IMG/VR virus record: IMGVR_UViG_3300046413_000884
Location: 1-58,258 of that record
Reading direction: 5' to 3' (one strand)
Source of the DNA: a virus
Taxonomy: Duplodnaviria; Caudoviricetes
Length of the DNA stretch: 58,258 nucleotides
Shown piece after piece: positions 24,901-33,519 of the stretch (positions within the stretch are counted from its first letter, which is position 1; each line of letters opens with the position of its first letter). Under the pieces are notes generated by a model, which ran no database searches, was not told the origin of the DNA, and saw nothing but the letters and a program-made list of their open reading frames with translations. Position numbers and translations under genes: made by a program.

Positions 24901-26546
24901 TAATGGTATTCCCACATATAAGATCTATCACCATACTCATCAGTGCTCCACCTATCCCCATCAGCATCTACAAAACTAGTCTCTTCTAATCCATCTGACA
25001 TAAAACCAAATGGTGCCATGTCTTGTTCAATCTGATTCTTCTGTTCTTCATACAGTCTCTTACGAACATCCTGGTCAGTCAGTTCTTTAAAGTAATCCTG
25101 TTGGACCAACCATGCATAGATTACTAGACACATTGCAAGGTCATCATTACAACCTTCTTCTGCCTCAAAGGAGTTACGCTTTTGAATAAAGGTAGTCAGT
25201 TCAGATATAATCTCATAATCATTGAAGATTACCTTATCTTCTTCGATCATTGTCTTCAGGTTGAGTGACCCAACCTGTTTCACAGTCTTACTCATCTTGA
25301 CACCAAGTTGTGTCTTTTTACCAGAGAATCCCTGTCCTACAATTTGACCTGCTCTACCACGCATTGAGCACATTAGTAGATTTTGATACTCAAGATCATA
25401 GTTTAAAATTGAAGCAACTTGGTCTCCAACGTCATTTACTTCACAAAGAACAAATGAATTGTTATAATTTCTTACTACTTCGTATATAATATTAGGGAAT
25501 AGCATCGGTTTTATATCATTATTCCGATACTTTGCTACTACCTTATGTGGGAATTCAGTAATATCTACAACAATAAAAGCAGAATAATCTAAACTGACTC
25601 CTCGTGCAACGTCAACAGTGCAGACATAATCTCTGCCCTCTCTGGGTTTTTCATAGATATCCAATCCAGCATTTCTGGTCATTGGATTATCATAAACTAA
25701 ACTTCTTAATTTACTTGGTGCAATCAGAGTATCAACAGATCCAAGGAATTCACACTCAAACTCGATCTTGAATTGCTGTTCTGATGTGTTAGCAATTGTT
25801 TGTTCTTTCCAGACATCATCTCTACCTGGAACTTCTGACCAATGAACATCTGTCGGTACATAATCATTCTTTTGTTTCTCTGCATCATGCCATAGACGGT
25901 AGAAATGATTCATACCATGTGGCGTAGATACAATAATTACTTTGGTACTTTTACCAGAAGTAATAGTAGGATAAACCGAGGCAAAGAACGAGTCAGCAAT
26001 ATGATTTGGGACGAATGCGAACTCGTCGAGAAAGAGGATGTTGAACGACATACCTCGGACAGCACTTGCAGACGTAGATGCTGCCAGTATCTTACTCCCA
26101 TTTTCTAACTCCAACGAACCCTTGTTCCATGCAATAATACCCTGTTGCATCCACTTAGGCAAGTTCTCGTATGCAGTTTGTAATCTTCCAAGAAGATCTC
26201 TTGCAGTTGCTGCTTTGTTTGCTAGGATACCTATATTAACACTATCATTGAATACTGCATAATGCAAAAGGTATGATACAGACGTAGTAGATTTACCAGT
26301 CTGACGTGGCATCTTACAAATATTAAATCTATTCTCATGGAAGTTAGAAATTAACTTCTCTTGAAAGTCGTATGGTTTGAAAGGAACAAGACCTTCATCC
26401 AGACTCACAATCTTTACATAATTTCGTGCAAAGTAAACCGGATCTTGCTTACACTTAATAAATTCAGCAATCTGTTCTTGTGTAAATTCAATTGGGGTAT
26501 TTGCCTTTTTAAGGTTAGGATTCCCCAAATAGATATTTTCAGCCAT
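24900..26546 (-). CDS. gp17: Terminase large subunit
   Basis: PRQTGKST, FLDEFAF, STPHGMNHFY, VDVARG, NDDLAM. Confidence 0.98.
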   Translation of the reverse strand: MAENIYLGNPNLKKANTPIEFTQEQIAEFIKCKQDPVYFARNYVKIVSLDEGLVPFKPYDFQEKLISNFHENRFNICKMPRQTGKSTTSVSYLLHYAVFNDSVNIGILANKAATARDLLGRLQTAYENLPKWMQQGIIAWNKGSLELENGSKILAASTSASAVRGMSFNILFLDEFAFVPNHIADSFFASVYPTITSGKSTKVIIVSTPHGMNHFYRLWHDAEKQKNDYVPTDVHWSEVPGRDDVWKEQTIANTSEQQFKIEFECEFLGSVDTLIAPSKLRSLVYDNPMTRNAGLDIYEKPREGRDYVCTVDVARGVSLDYSAFIVVDITEFPHKVVAKYRNNDIKPMLFPNIIYEVVRNYNNSFVLCEVNDVGDQVASILNYDLEYQNLLMCSMRGRAGQIVGQGFSGKKTQLGVKMSKTVKQVGSLNLKTMIEEDKVIFNDYEIISELTTFIQKRNSFEAEEGCNDDLAMCLVIYAWLVQQDYFKELTDQDVRKRLYEEQKNQIEQDMAPFGFMSDGLEETSFVDADGDRWSTDEYGDRSYMWEYH

Positions 26547-26549
26547 GAT

Positions 26550-26723
26550 TTAAATATTTCCTATAGATGCTCTAATCTCTTGTGTTTTTAAGTATAATTT
26601 TGCGTAGCACTTTGCTACTGTTTTTAAATTTTCCACCCCTTCCAGTGCATCAATCTCTCTTGCAATCTTGATATACTCAAAACCTTTATTCAAATTTGTA
26701 ATTTCAATATCATCTGGGTTCAT
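26550..26723 (-). CDS. 57-aa hypothetical protein
   Basis: AGGAGG RBS before MNPDDIEITNL; fills the gap to gp17. Confidence 0.75.
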   Translation of the reverse strand: MNPDDIEITNLNKGFEYIKIAREIDALEGVENLKTVAKCYAKLYLKTQEIRASIGNI

Positions 26724-27237
26724 TTGCGTCTCCTCCTGCAGTTCCTGCAAACATGAATGGTAAAGTTGGTTCTTTCTTCGATGGGTTGTAGTATAGTACG
26801 ATTGGTCCAGGATATATTTTATTAAGTTCCTGGCGTACTTCTTCTCTGGTAGGTCTGGAGAATTTGTTAAAGAACATTTGAACTTTTAGTGTTCTTCCTC
26901 TCCAGTTAAAGATAATAGTATATGTCCTTCCTCTTTCCTGTAATCTAAGATACGATTCTGCTAATTCACTCCTCCAGTTAAATTCTTCATAAGTTGATTT
27001 TCCTGGAACTACAACTGACTTACTGAAATTTCTTATCGTAAACATGTCCCACATCTTGGGACCATAACTACACTCTTCCTTATATTCTTTCTTACCACAA
27101 AGTTCACAGAATCTTTCTTCCCCTAGTCCTGAGGTGGATCTAGAAGCGTCACTCCCATTATCATTACTAGCATTGCTGCTATCATCGTTGTCACGAACAC
27201 TATCATTATTTTTGTTAGATCTTGTGGGTTCTGGCAT
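26710..27237 (-). CDS. Hypothetical protein between gp16 and gp17
   Basis: TAATG-coupled to gp16; low-complexity N-terminus, CELC..C cluster, NWRSELAE. Confidence 0.8.
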   Translation of the reverse strand: MPEPTRSNKNNDSVRDNDDSSNASNDNGSDASRSTSGLGEERFCELCGKKEYKEECSYGPKMWDMFTIRNFSKSVVVPGKSTYEEFNWRSELAESYLRLQERGRTYTIIFNWRGRTLKVQMFFNKFSRPTREEVRQELNKIYPGPIVLYYNPSKKEPTLPFMFAGTAGGDANEPR

Positions 27238-27653
27238 TACTCTTTCTTGAATCCGTCCTTGAGAAGTTTCTGAAGTTCAGCAGTTGAACCAACAAATAAT
27301 GCATTGTTTACAGTTGTTGGTGAAGAAGACTTCTCCTCTTTATTTAGATCTCTCATCTTCTGTTGAAGATCAAGTAACTTATCAGACACATCACCAACAC
27401 TCTTAATGAGTTGTCCAACAACTTCATATGATCTAGGTTGTTGCCCCTCCTGTGCTAATTCGAGAATACCGTTGATTGCTTCCTGTCCTTTTTCAATCAA
27501 AGAATACAGGTTACCACGAGTATACTCATAATCTTTTACATGATCCTCTTGAGCACTAATTTTTTTAAGTTCTTTTTTAGTTTCCTTTACAATCTCTCCC
27601 GCTTGAACTTCAACGTCCAGGGTATCATTTATGCTGTCAAATTGATCACTCAT
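27237..27653 (-). CDS. gp16: Terminase small subunit
   Basis: DYEYTRGNLYSLIEKGQEAI, PRSYEV, NNALFVGSTAELQK. Confidence 0.95.
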   Translation of the reverse strand: MSDQFDSINDTLDVEVQAGEIVKETKKELKKISAQEDHVKDYEYTRGNLYSLIEKGQEAINGILELAQEGQQPRSYEVVGQLIKSVGDVSDKLLDLQQKMRDLNKEEKSSSPTTVNNALFVGSTAELQKLLKDGFKKE

Positions 27654-28702
27654 ACATCTGTACCTTTAGTTGGACTATAAGTTCTACCGTCACCAAAATC
27701 AAATCGTTCTTCACTGAATCCGAAGTCATCACCAGGTTCTACCAGATCATCATCTGTCTGAGTAACTGCATCAATTGATACTCCAGAAATGTGACTGTCT
27801 GCCTGAGTTCCATCAACTCCTCTGTATACTAGGAGTGTTTCGTTACTGATTTCTCTAATCTGTATTAATTCCTTACCTATGTAGATGTATCCATCTACAA
27901 TGAGACTTGATGCATTAGTAACTAAGAACTTGGTCTGTTCCGCAGTAATATCTTCGGCAAGGGTAGTTGCATTATCATCATTATAATCCTTGAGTGCTCT
28001 AGGTGTAGCAACATACCTGAGTTCTCTTTTTGCAGTCTTGGTATTTGTGCTTGTGTTATAATCAACCTGAACTTTTTTGATAAGTCCTTCACTGTTATCA
28101 GCAATAGCACCAAACAGATATGTCTTTGCTGTAAATTGTAGTTGATGAATGATAACTCTTTTTTCCTCATATCCAGAGGTGTAATTATCTTCAAAGTTGA
28201 TATTTTCTAGAACCAGTGGCACATCTCTCTTTTCGCCAATTGATTCTACTAGGTCAACTGTTACATTAAATGCTGGTTGGAATAATGGAAGAATCTGTTC
28301 AATAATTTGCATCGCATCTTCATTATATTGAGTCAAGATTGACAAACTAAATCCCAGATTATATGGGACCGGCATATAGACTTTCTTTGCTAACTTAGTG
28401 CCGTCCTTAGTAAATGTCTTAAAGGTCTGCATTGTAGAAACCTTTCTACTAGAATCATACTGAATACCAGTCATTTCAAATGCCAACCTAGGGATAGTTA
28501 TCGATACTCTTCTCCTTGGGTCAGGTTTCTGCTCTAGTCTTGCAATGAACTTCTCAGCAGGACCATATGCAATGGGAACCTTTACAGTCGAAAAATTAGA
28601 TCCATCCTGCTTGGTATGCCGGATTTCAATGCTGTTGAAGAGAGTGCCGAAAGATATAATAGTCTTTCGTATAATCTCATGATAATGATATGTTCCTAAC
28701 AT
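27650..28702 (-). CDS. gp15: Tail sheath stabiliser / tail terminator
   Basis: YHEIIRKTIISFGTLF, VPIAYGP, PVPYNL, QIIEQILPLFQP. Confidence 0.95.
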   Translation of the reverse strand: MLGTYHYHEIIRKTIISFGTLFNSIEIRHTKQDGSNFSTVKVPIAYGPAEKFIARLEQKPDPRRRVSITIPRLAFEMTGIQYDSSRKVSTMQTFKTFTKDGTKLAKKVYMPVPYNLGFSLSILTQYNEDAMQIIEQILPLFQPAFNVTVDLVESIGEKRDVPLVLENINFEDNYTSGYEEKRVIIHQLQFTAKTYLFGAIADNSEGLIKKVQVDYNTSTNTKTAKRELRYVATPRALKDYNDDNATTLAEDITAEQTKFLVTNASSLIVDGYIYIGKELIQIREISNETLLVYRGVDGTQADSHISGVSIDAVTQTDDDLVEPGDDFGFSEERFDFGDGRTYSPTKGTDV

Positions 28703-28727
28703 GACACCATGGTTTGCATATAGTAAC

Positions 28728-28735
28728 TATTTAGA
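28728..28735 (-). promoter_or_regulatory. Late promoter variant TCTAAATA (gp15)
   Basis: Contains the gp14 stop codon. Confidence 0.6.
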
Positions 28736-30152
28736 TCTCTCCAAACGGGTTTCTCTCGGTAAAATCAAGAATAGTATCTGCTTCTGATTCTATTTCAATA
28801 TTATCAGCAAATTCATCAAACTCATCCTGATCTGAAATTGCTTCAATTCTTCTAGCAGCATCAGATCCAAGTTGAGTAGTTCCAATACCTACAACAATTT
28901 CTCCAAGTGCAAAATTACTGGATGCATTAGTGATCTGTAATACATTAGTATCGGCATCCCATTTGTGGACATACGCTGTGGTGCCCGTAGAAACGCCTCT
29001 AACGAGTTCTCCCGAGAAGTAGTTGTCCGAGGTAATTCCAGTCGCTGGAACCGCTATGATGACGTTTGGTGTTAGCGTATAACCTGCACCAGCATTGGTA
29101 TATCGAATAGCACTAACTCTTTCATCAGCATCAATAATAACTACAGCGGAAGCATCAGTTCCACCTGAGGGTGCTGTTGTAATTGCAACTGTCGGTGTGA
29201 CTCCATATCCAACACCAGCAAATATAATGTTTGGAAGTCCAAGAGCACCTTCTGTTAGAACTGCTGTTGCAATACCACCAGTTCCATCATTATTCTGGGG
29301 ACGGATTGTAATTGTTGGTGGTGTTACATATCCAAGTCCTGGATTGGTGATTTGGATACTATCAATTGACTGACCTACCTGGCCAGTTCTTTGAGTCATA
29401 AGTGCAACAGCAGCAGCATTAATGCCACCACCAGGTGCAGTCTGAATGTCAATAATTGGTGGAACTGTATATCCTGTTCCATCATTAACAAGATCAACCC
29501 TACTTACAGCAAGATCGGTTGGACCACCACCAAGGTCTTTTGCAAGTCGAATGGTTGCTGTTGCCTGTTGTGCATCAAGACCAACCATTGTAAGTTTGGT
29601 AGTGAAGATAAAGTCGGATACTGCCTGATCAACCTCTTCGATTCCAGTATCAACCAGTTCATCAAGAGCAGCATCGAAGACTTCACAACTCAACTGATAA
29701 ACGAATAATTTATTCAGTTGATAGAATGGTTTCTTTGCTTCTACATATTTAATTTCAAAGATGGTATTATCAAGAGGTAGATAAATTAAATCACCTTCTG
29801 CTGGTCTTGATGATACTATAACATCTTCTCCTTGTAAGAATGGACTAGTGAAATCCTCATATCTTTCTTTTGAGATTATCAAAGTAATCTGGTCTGTTGA
29901 CTGAACACCAAACTTTGATAGAATATCTCCATTTCCTGCAAACCCTTCATAGTTTGCTAGGTACGCCTCCATTCTGAAAGAATCATCAAATTCAGTGGCA
30001 ATTGTCTCATTCAGAATTGCATCTTGACTCACCAACTTCCTTGGAAGATAGATAATATCTTGTCCGTATATTTTTAATTGTTCGTTAATGAGATCCTGGA
30101 CTAGTCTTTGTTCTCCTTGGGATCCTTGTAAAAAGTAAGAATTTAATGGCAT
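28731..30152 (-). CDS. gp14: Neck protein with inserted beta-repeat region
   Basis: EQRLVQDLINEQLKIYG, RPAEGDLIYLP, FYQL, C-terminal DFTERNPFG. Confidence 0.95.
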   Translation of the reverse strand: MPLNSYFLQGSQGEQRLVQDLINEQLKIYGQDIIYLPRKLVSQDAILNETIATEFDDSFRMEAYLANYEGFAGNGDILSKFGVQSTDQITLIISKERYEDFTSPFLQGEDVIVSSRPAEGDLIYLPLDNTIFEIKYVEAKKPFYQLNKLFVYQLSCEVFDAALDELVDTGIEEVDQAVSDFIFTTKLTMVGLDAQQATATIRLAKDLGGGPTDLAVSRVDLVNDGTGYTVPPIIDIQTAPGGGINAAAVALMTQRTGQVGQSIDSIQITNPGLGYVTPPTITIRPQNNDGTGGIATAVLTEGALGLPNIIFAGVGYGVTPTVAITTAPSGGTDASAVVIIDADERVSAIRYTNAGAGYTLTPNVIIAVPATGITSDNYFSGELVRGVSTGTTAYVHKWDADTNVLQITNASSNFALGEIVVGIGTTQLGSDAARRIEAISDQDEFDEFADNIEIESEADTILDFTERNPFGEI

Positions 30153-30158
30153 AACGCA

Positions 30159-30980
30159 TCAACCTATCAAATCGAAAGGTGGAGTTTCAAAAGTCTCTCT
30201 GAGTTCTTTTTCTAAAATTTCTAACTCTGCCATGGCATCATCATAAAGTTGCCTTCCATTTAATTGAACTCCACCTGGAAGTGCTACACCTTGGAATTTA
30301 ATTAGGTTCTGACCCCACTGTCTTTTGATTAATGAAGTAGTGTATTTCTTTAACCACCAGTCATTATAGACTGCTGCAGCATCAGAAGGATCAACCATTC
30401 TATAGCAATCTAATACAAGATAATTGTCATCATTAAATTCACGCCAATCAATATCTACATATAATCTACCATTCTTTCTATTGAATCTCAACTGAACATC
30501 TGGAGTGATAAGTCTACTTAAATCCTCAAGATACGTTTTCGTCATTGAGTAATTTAAGAGATCAAGTGCTCCATAGTAATACACGTCATTCAGGAACATT
30601 TGATATTTAATATTAAACAGACCATTAGATATGGTGCTGTTGTCCATCTTGAAAACTTTATTGATTCCAAGAACATGGTCTGGTAGTTGAAGAAAGTTTT
30701 GTCCTTCTTCCCAATTTACCGATGCAATACCAGAACCAGAAGAGTTAGTTCCTGTGGTAGTTGTAATACCACTCTTTAATGTTTCTCTTTCTGCTGTAGT
30801 AACCTTATGCTTTAAAAACACTCTCTGAATACCATCATAGTGGTAATCCTGAAAGTGTTGTATTGCATCATCTACCAAATCATCAATCTGATCATCATCT
30901 ACGTTAATTTCCAGAACCGGATATCCAAGTCTCCTAAGACAATAATCGATCAATTCTTGTCTGGTCGATGGTTTGCTCAT
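30159..30980 (-). CDS. gp13: Neck protein
   Basis: YCLRRLGYPVLEINV, KRQWGQNLIKF.G..LPGGV.LNG. Confidence 0.96.
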   Translation of the reverse strand: MSKPSTRQELIDYCLRRLGYPVLEINVDDDQIDDLVDDAIQHFQDYHYDGIQRVFLKHKVTTAERETLKSGITTTTGTNSSGSGIASVNWEEGQNFLQLPDHVLGINKVFKMDNSTISNGLFNIKYQMFLNDVYYYGALDLLNYSMTKTYLEDLSRLITPDVQLRFNRKNGRLYVDIDWREFNDDNYLVLDCYRMVDPSDAAAVYNDWWLKKYTTSLIKRQWGQNLIKFQGVALPGGVQLNGRQLYDDAMAELEILEKELRETFETPPFDLIG

Positions 30981-31144
30981 TCTTCGATACCTGCTTCCTG
31001 ATATTTAACTTTGTTTTGCAATTCAAGATAGTCTTTTGTTAAAGATTCCAATTTTGCTTCTAAAAGAATATTCTGATTCATTAATGAAGAAATTTTAGAA
31101 TGATAATTCTTGATCAAAATATTCACGTCAACGTCACTATTCAT
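30977..31144 (-). CDS. Small coiled-coil protein
   Basis: MNSDVDVNILIKNYHSKISSLMNQNILLEAKLESL; follows the fibre gene, ATGA-coupled to gp13. Confidence 0.75.
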   Translation of the reverse strand: MNSDVDVNILIKNYHSKISSLMNQNILLEAKLESLTKDYLELQNKVKYQEAGIEE

Positions 31145-31148
31145 AACT

Positions 31149-32681
31149 TTAGAAAGTTCCTCCATCTAATGTATTTGTCCACATTGGTTTGTTGGTATAT
31201 ACAACAGATACCGTGTTTGGTGAAACTGAAATACTCGCACCATTTACAACCAGATCATTTGATGTATCGAAAGTTCCCTGAACACCGATAAGAACAAGAG
31301 TAGTTCCGCTAGTAATCGTTGCCTTACAGACACCAAATGCTGTGCTATTATTCTGCTGAGTTACCAGGGCATCCTGAGCAATTGTCTGTCCAGAAGGTAG
31401 AGCGATTGAGATTTCAGTTATAGCAGTCAGAACCTGTGTAGAAGTTCTTGTATTTACAGCATCTGTTGGATTGTTACTGGATGTCTGTAAACCATTAGCA
31501 TCGAAGAATACAACACCATGTGTTTGGTAATCTCCAGTCTGATAATAGATACCCTTAATATCTAAATTACCTCTGGTTCCTGCGATCGTGCTACCAGTAA
31601 TAGTTGCATCAGGAACATATGTAAATGCTCTTGCAGGAGCAGAACTTCCTTCACCAGCACTATCGTTGTAACCAAAGAAACCAACCTTATTGTTAGAAGT
31701 TCCGCTACTTATATTGTATTGGAATGAAATACCACGGTCAGTGTTAGTATCGAATCCATGAGTTACAGTTACTTGTGACGTAGTGGTAACACCAACTGCT
31801 GTACCTGCAAATGTTACAACCTTAGTTGCAGTATTATATGCTGTAACTGTACCAATACCAGAAGCATCAATACCTGATACTGCCAGTTGGTCTCCAGTAT
31901 TAATACCAGCAACTGAATCAAGAAGAACTGTGGATACACCAGAAGCAACAGTTCCCATGACTGTCTTGATACTGGTTACGTCACCAATGCCGAAGATAGC
32001 GTCATTAACTGTAACATCGTTTGAGTTAACAGTGGTTGTTGTACCATCAACCTGTAGGTCACCTTTGATGATAACCGTACCTTCATTACTCAGACCATCG
32101 GGATATGGGTCGATGAATAGTTGATTACCAGCACCTGATTTGGTGGAGATGACGTTGGATGAAATTCCAACACTACCAAATGTTTGAGGAGAGTTCCACT
32201 GCCATCCATGACCAGTAACTACAAGAGTGTTTGTGCCATCTTCATCATATTCAAGACTAACATCTTTACTTGTACCAAAAGTAAGTTTAGTGTCGTCAGG
32301 AATGACAATTTGACCAGATCCATTAGGATCAATGGTGATGTCTCCGTCAGTGTTTGTAGATGAAAATGTATTCCCATCTAAAGTTAAATTGTCTACGTTC
32401 CATTGATCAACCTTTCGGTTCTGATCCAAAAGTGCAACAAAACCATTTGCTGCTGTCGTCGGGTTTGCTTGACCAGCAACCAGACCAGGCGCGATGCTCA
32501 ATAAGTCGGTGTAGTATCTACCACCAACTACCTGAGAGTTTTGTGAATTATCACCAGCGAAAAGTCTTCCGCCTTTATTACCGTGAGTTCCTACTCCAAC
32601 GGTAAGACCTAATTCACCGAAATTAAGACTACCTGGAGCGCCAGTGCCCGTAGATCTTTTTACTCGTATGATACTTGCCAT
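31149..32681 (-). CDS. Fibre-like structural protein
   Basis: N-terminal IRVKRS..TGAP..L..GEL, GDLQVDGTTTTVNS fibre repeat, C-terminal LDGGTF; Gly/Thr rich. Confidence 0.8.
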   Translation of the reverse strand: MASIIRVKRSTGTGAPGSLNFGELGLTVGVGTHGNKGGRLFAGDNSQNSQVVGGRYYTDLLSIAPGLVAGQANPTTAANGFVALLDQNRKVDQWNVDNLTLDGNTFSSTNTDGDITIDPNGSGQIVIPDDTKLTFGTSKDVSLEYDEDGTNTLVVTGHGWQWNSPQTFGSVGISSNVISTKSGAGNQLFIDPYPDGLSNEGTVIIKGDLQVDGTTTTVNSNDVTVNDAIFGIGDVTSIKTVMGTVASGVSTVLLDSVAGINTGDQLAVSGIDASGIGTVTAYNTATKVVTFAGTAVGVTTTSQVTVTHGFDTNTDRGISFQYNISSGTSNNKVGFFGYNDSAGEGSSAPARAFTYVPDATITGSTIAGTRGNLDIKGIYYQTGDYQTHGVVFFDANGLQTSSNNPTDAVNTRTSTQVLTAITEISIALPSGQTIAQDALVTQQNNSTAFGVCKATITSGTTLVLIGVQGTFDTSNDLVVNGASISVSPNTVSVVYTNKPMWTNTLDGGTF

Positions 32682-32684
32682 GGC

Positions 32685-32909
32685 TTAGAAATTTCCTCCG
32701 TTGATATCCAAATTTTGGGTTGTTCCAGGCGTTAATTCTAAAGTTGCTTCAAATTTATTGGTTGACCCGTTATAGACCAGAACTGCACCGTCCTGAACCC
32801 CGGATATGTCAACATCAGATAATCCACCTAAAGTTCCGCCACCTCCAGCAAAGGAAGATAAAACCTTGATAGCATTTTGCGATCCAACCCTGACTTTAAT
32901 GTCTGCCAT
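32685..32909 (-). CDS. Small structural protein (fibre-associated)
   Basis: LGGLSDVD...DGAVLVYNG...KF repeat unit and C-terminal INGGNF. Confidence 0.75.
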   Translation of the reverse strand: MADIKVRVGSQNAIKVLSSFAGGGGTLGGLSDVDISGVQDGAVLVYNGSTNKFEATLELTPGTTQNLDINGGNF

Positions 32910-32914
32910 ATGTT

Positions 32915-33256
32915 TTAACTCGTGGTAACTCCGGCTGTGACGATAGCACTACCTTCTACTACTCTAGTTTTAAGTGCAGAAGCATCAGTTAATAGAACAT
33001 CATATACGTATCTACCAGGTTTTAATGCAGAAGTAATTGTAGATCCCAAAGAAATCTTCAGTTGTCCTTCTGTTGCATTTGGAAAGGATACAACAAATGA
33101 AGCAGCAGTCGTCAGTGACGCTGCTGATTTCTTCAATTTTGCTGCACCATTAAATCCTGTTAAATCCAGTGGAGCATTTGCATTGCTTTCAAGATTAAAC
33201 GATTGGTCGAAGTTTGCGCCAACGTCAATTATAATGTTGCTTACATATGCTGCCAT
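32915..33256 (-). CDS. Small structural protein (BppU-like Ig fold)
   Basis: IDVGANF, PLDLTG, LKPGRYVYDV, RVVEG. Confidence 0.75.
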   Translation of the reverse strand: MAAYVSNIIIDVGANFDQSFNLESNANAPLDLTGFNGAAKLKKSAASLTTAASFVVSFPNATEGQLKISLGSTITSALKPGRYVYDVLLTDASALKTRVVEGSAIVTAGVTTS

Positions 33257-33285
33257 TATTACAGTCAGTTAGATCTATCTACTGG

Positions 33286-33293
33286 TATTTATA
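33286..33293 (-). promoter_or_regulatory. T4 late promoter TATAAATA
   Basis: Exact consensus containing the stop of the 76-aa gene. Confidence 0.85.
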
Positions 33294-33519
33294 AATCATT
33301 TTTCGCTATGGATAGTAGAAGGGACTTTATCTCCTCAATATCGGATTTCATGCCCTCCACATCGTCTTTTAATTTATTCATTTCCTGTTTTTCATGATAC
33401 TTCTTTTTAGAAAGTTTCATGAATTTGTCATATTCACCTTTGTTAGTATTAATGATTGCACCCGATTCCATATCCCTTATTAGGGATGTGTCTGACTCAA
33501 CTTTTAAATACTTGCTCAT
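33289..33519 (-). CDS. Conserved 76-aa protein with C-terminal coiled coil
   Basis: LIRDMESGAIINTN...MKSDIEEIKSLL; ATGA-coupled to the vrlC-like gene. Confidence 0.85.
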   Translation of the reverse strand: MSKYLKVESDTSLIRDMESGAIINTNKGEYDKFMKLSKKKYHEKQEMNKLKDDVEGMKSDIEEIKSLLLSIAKNDL

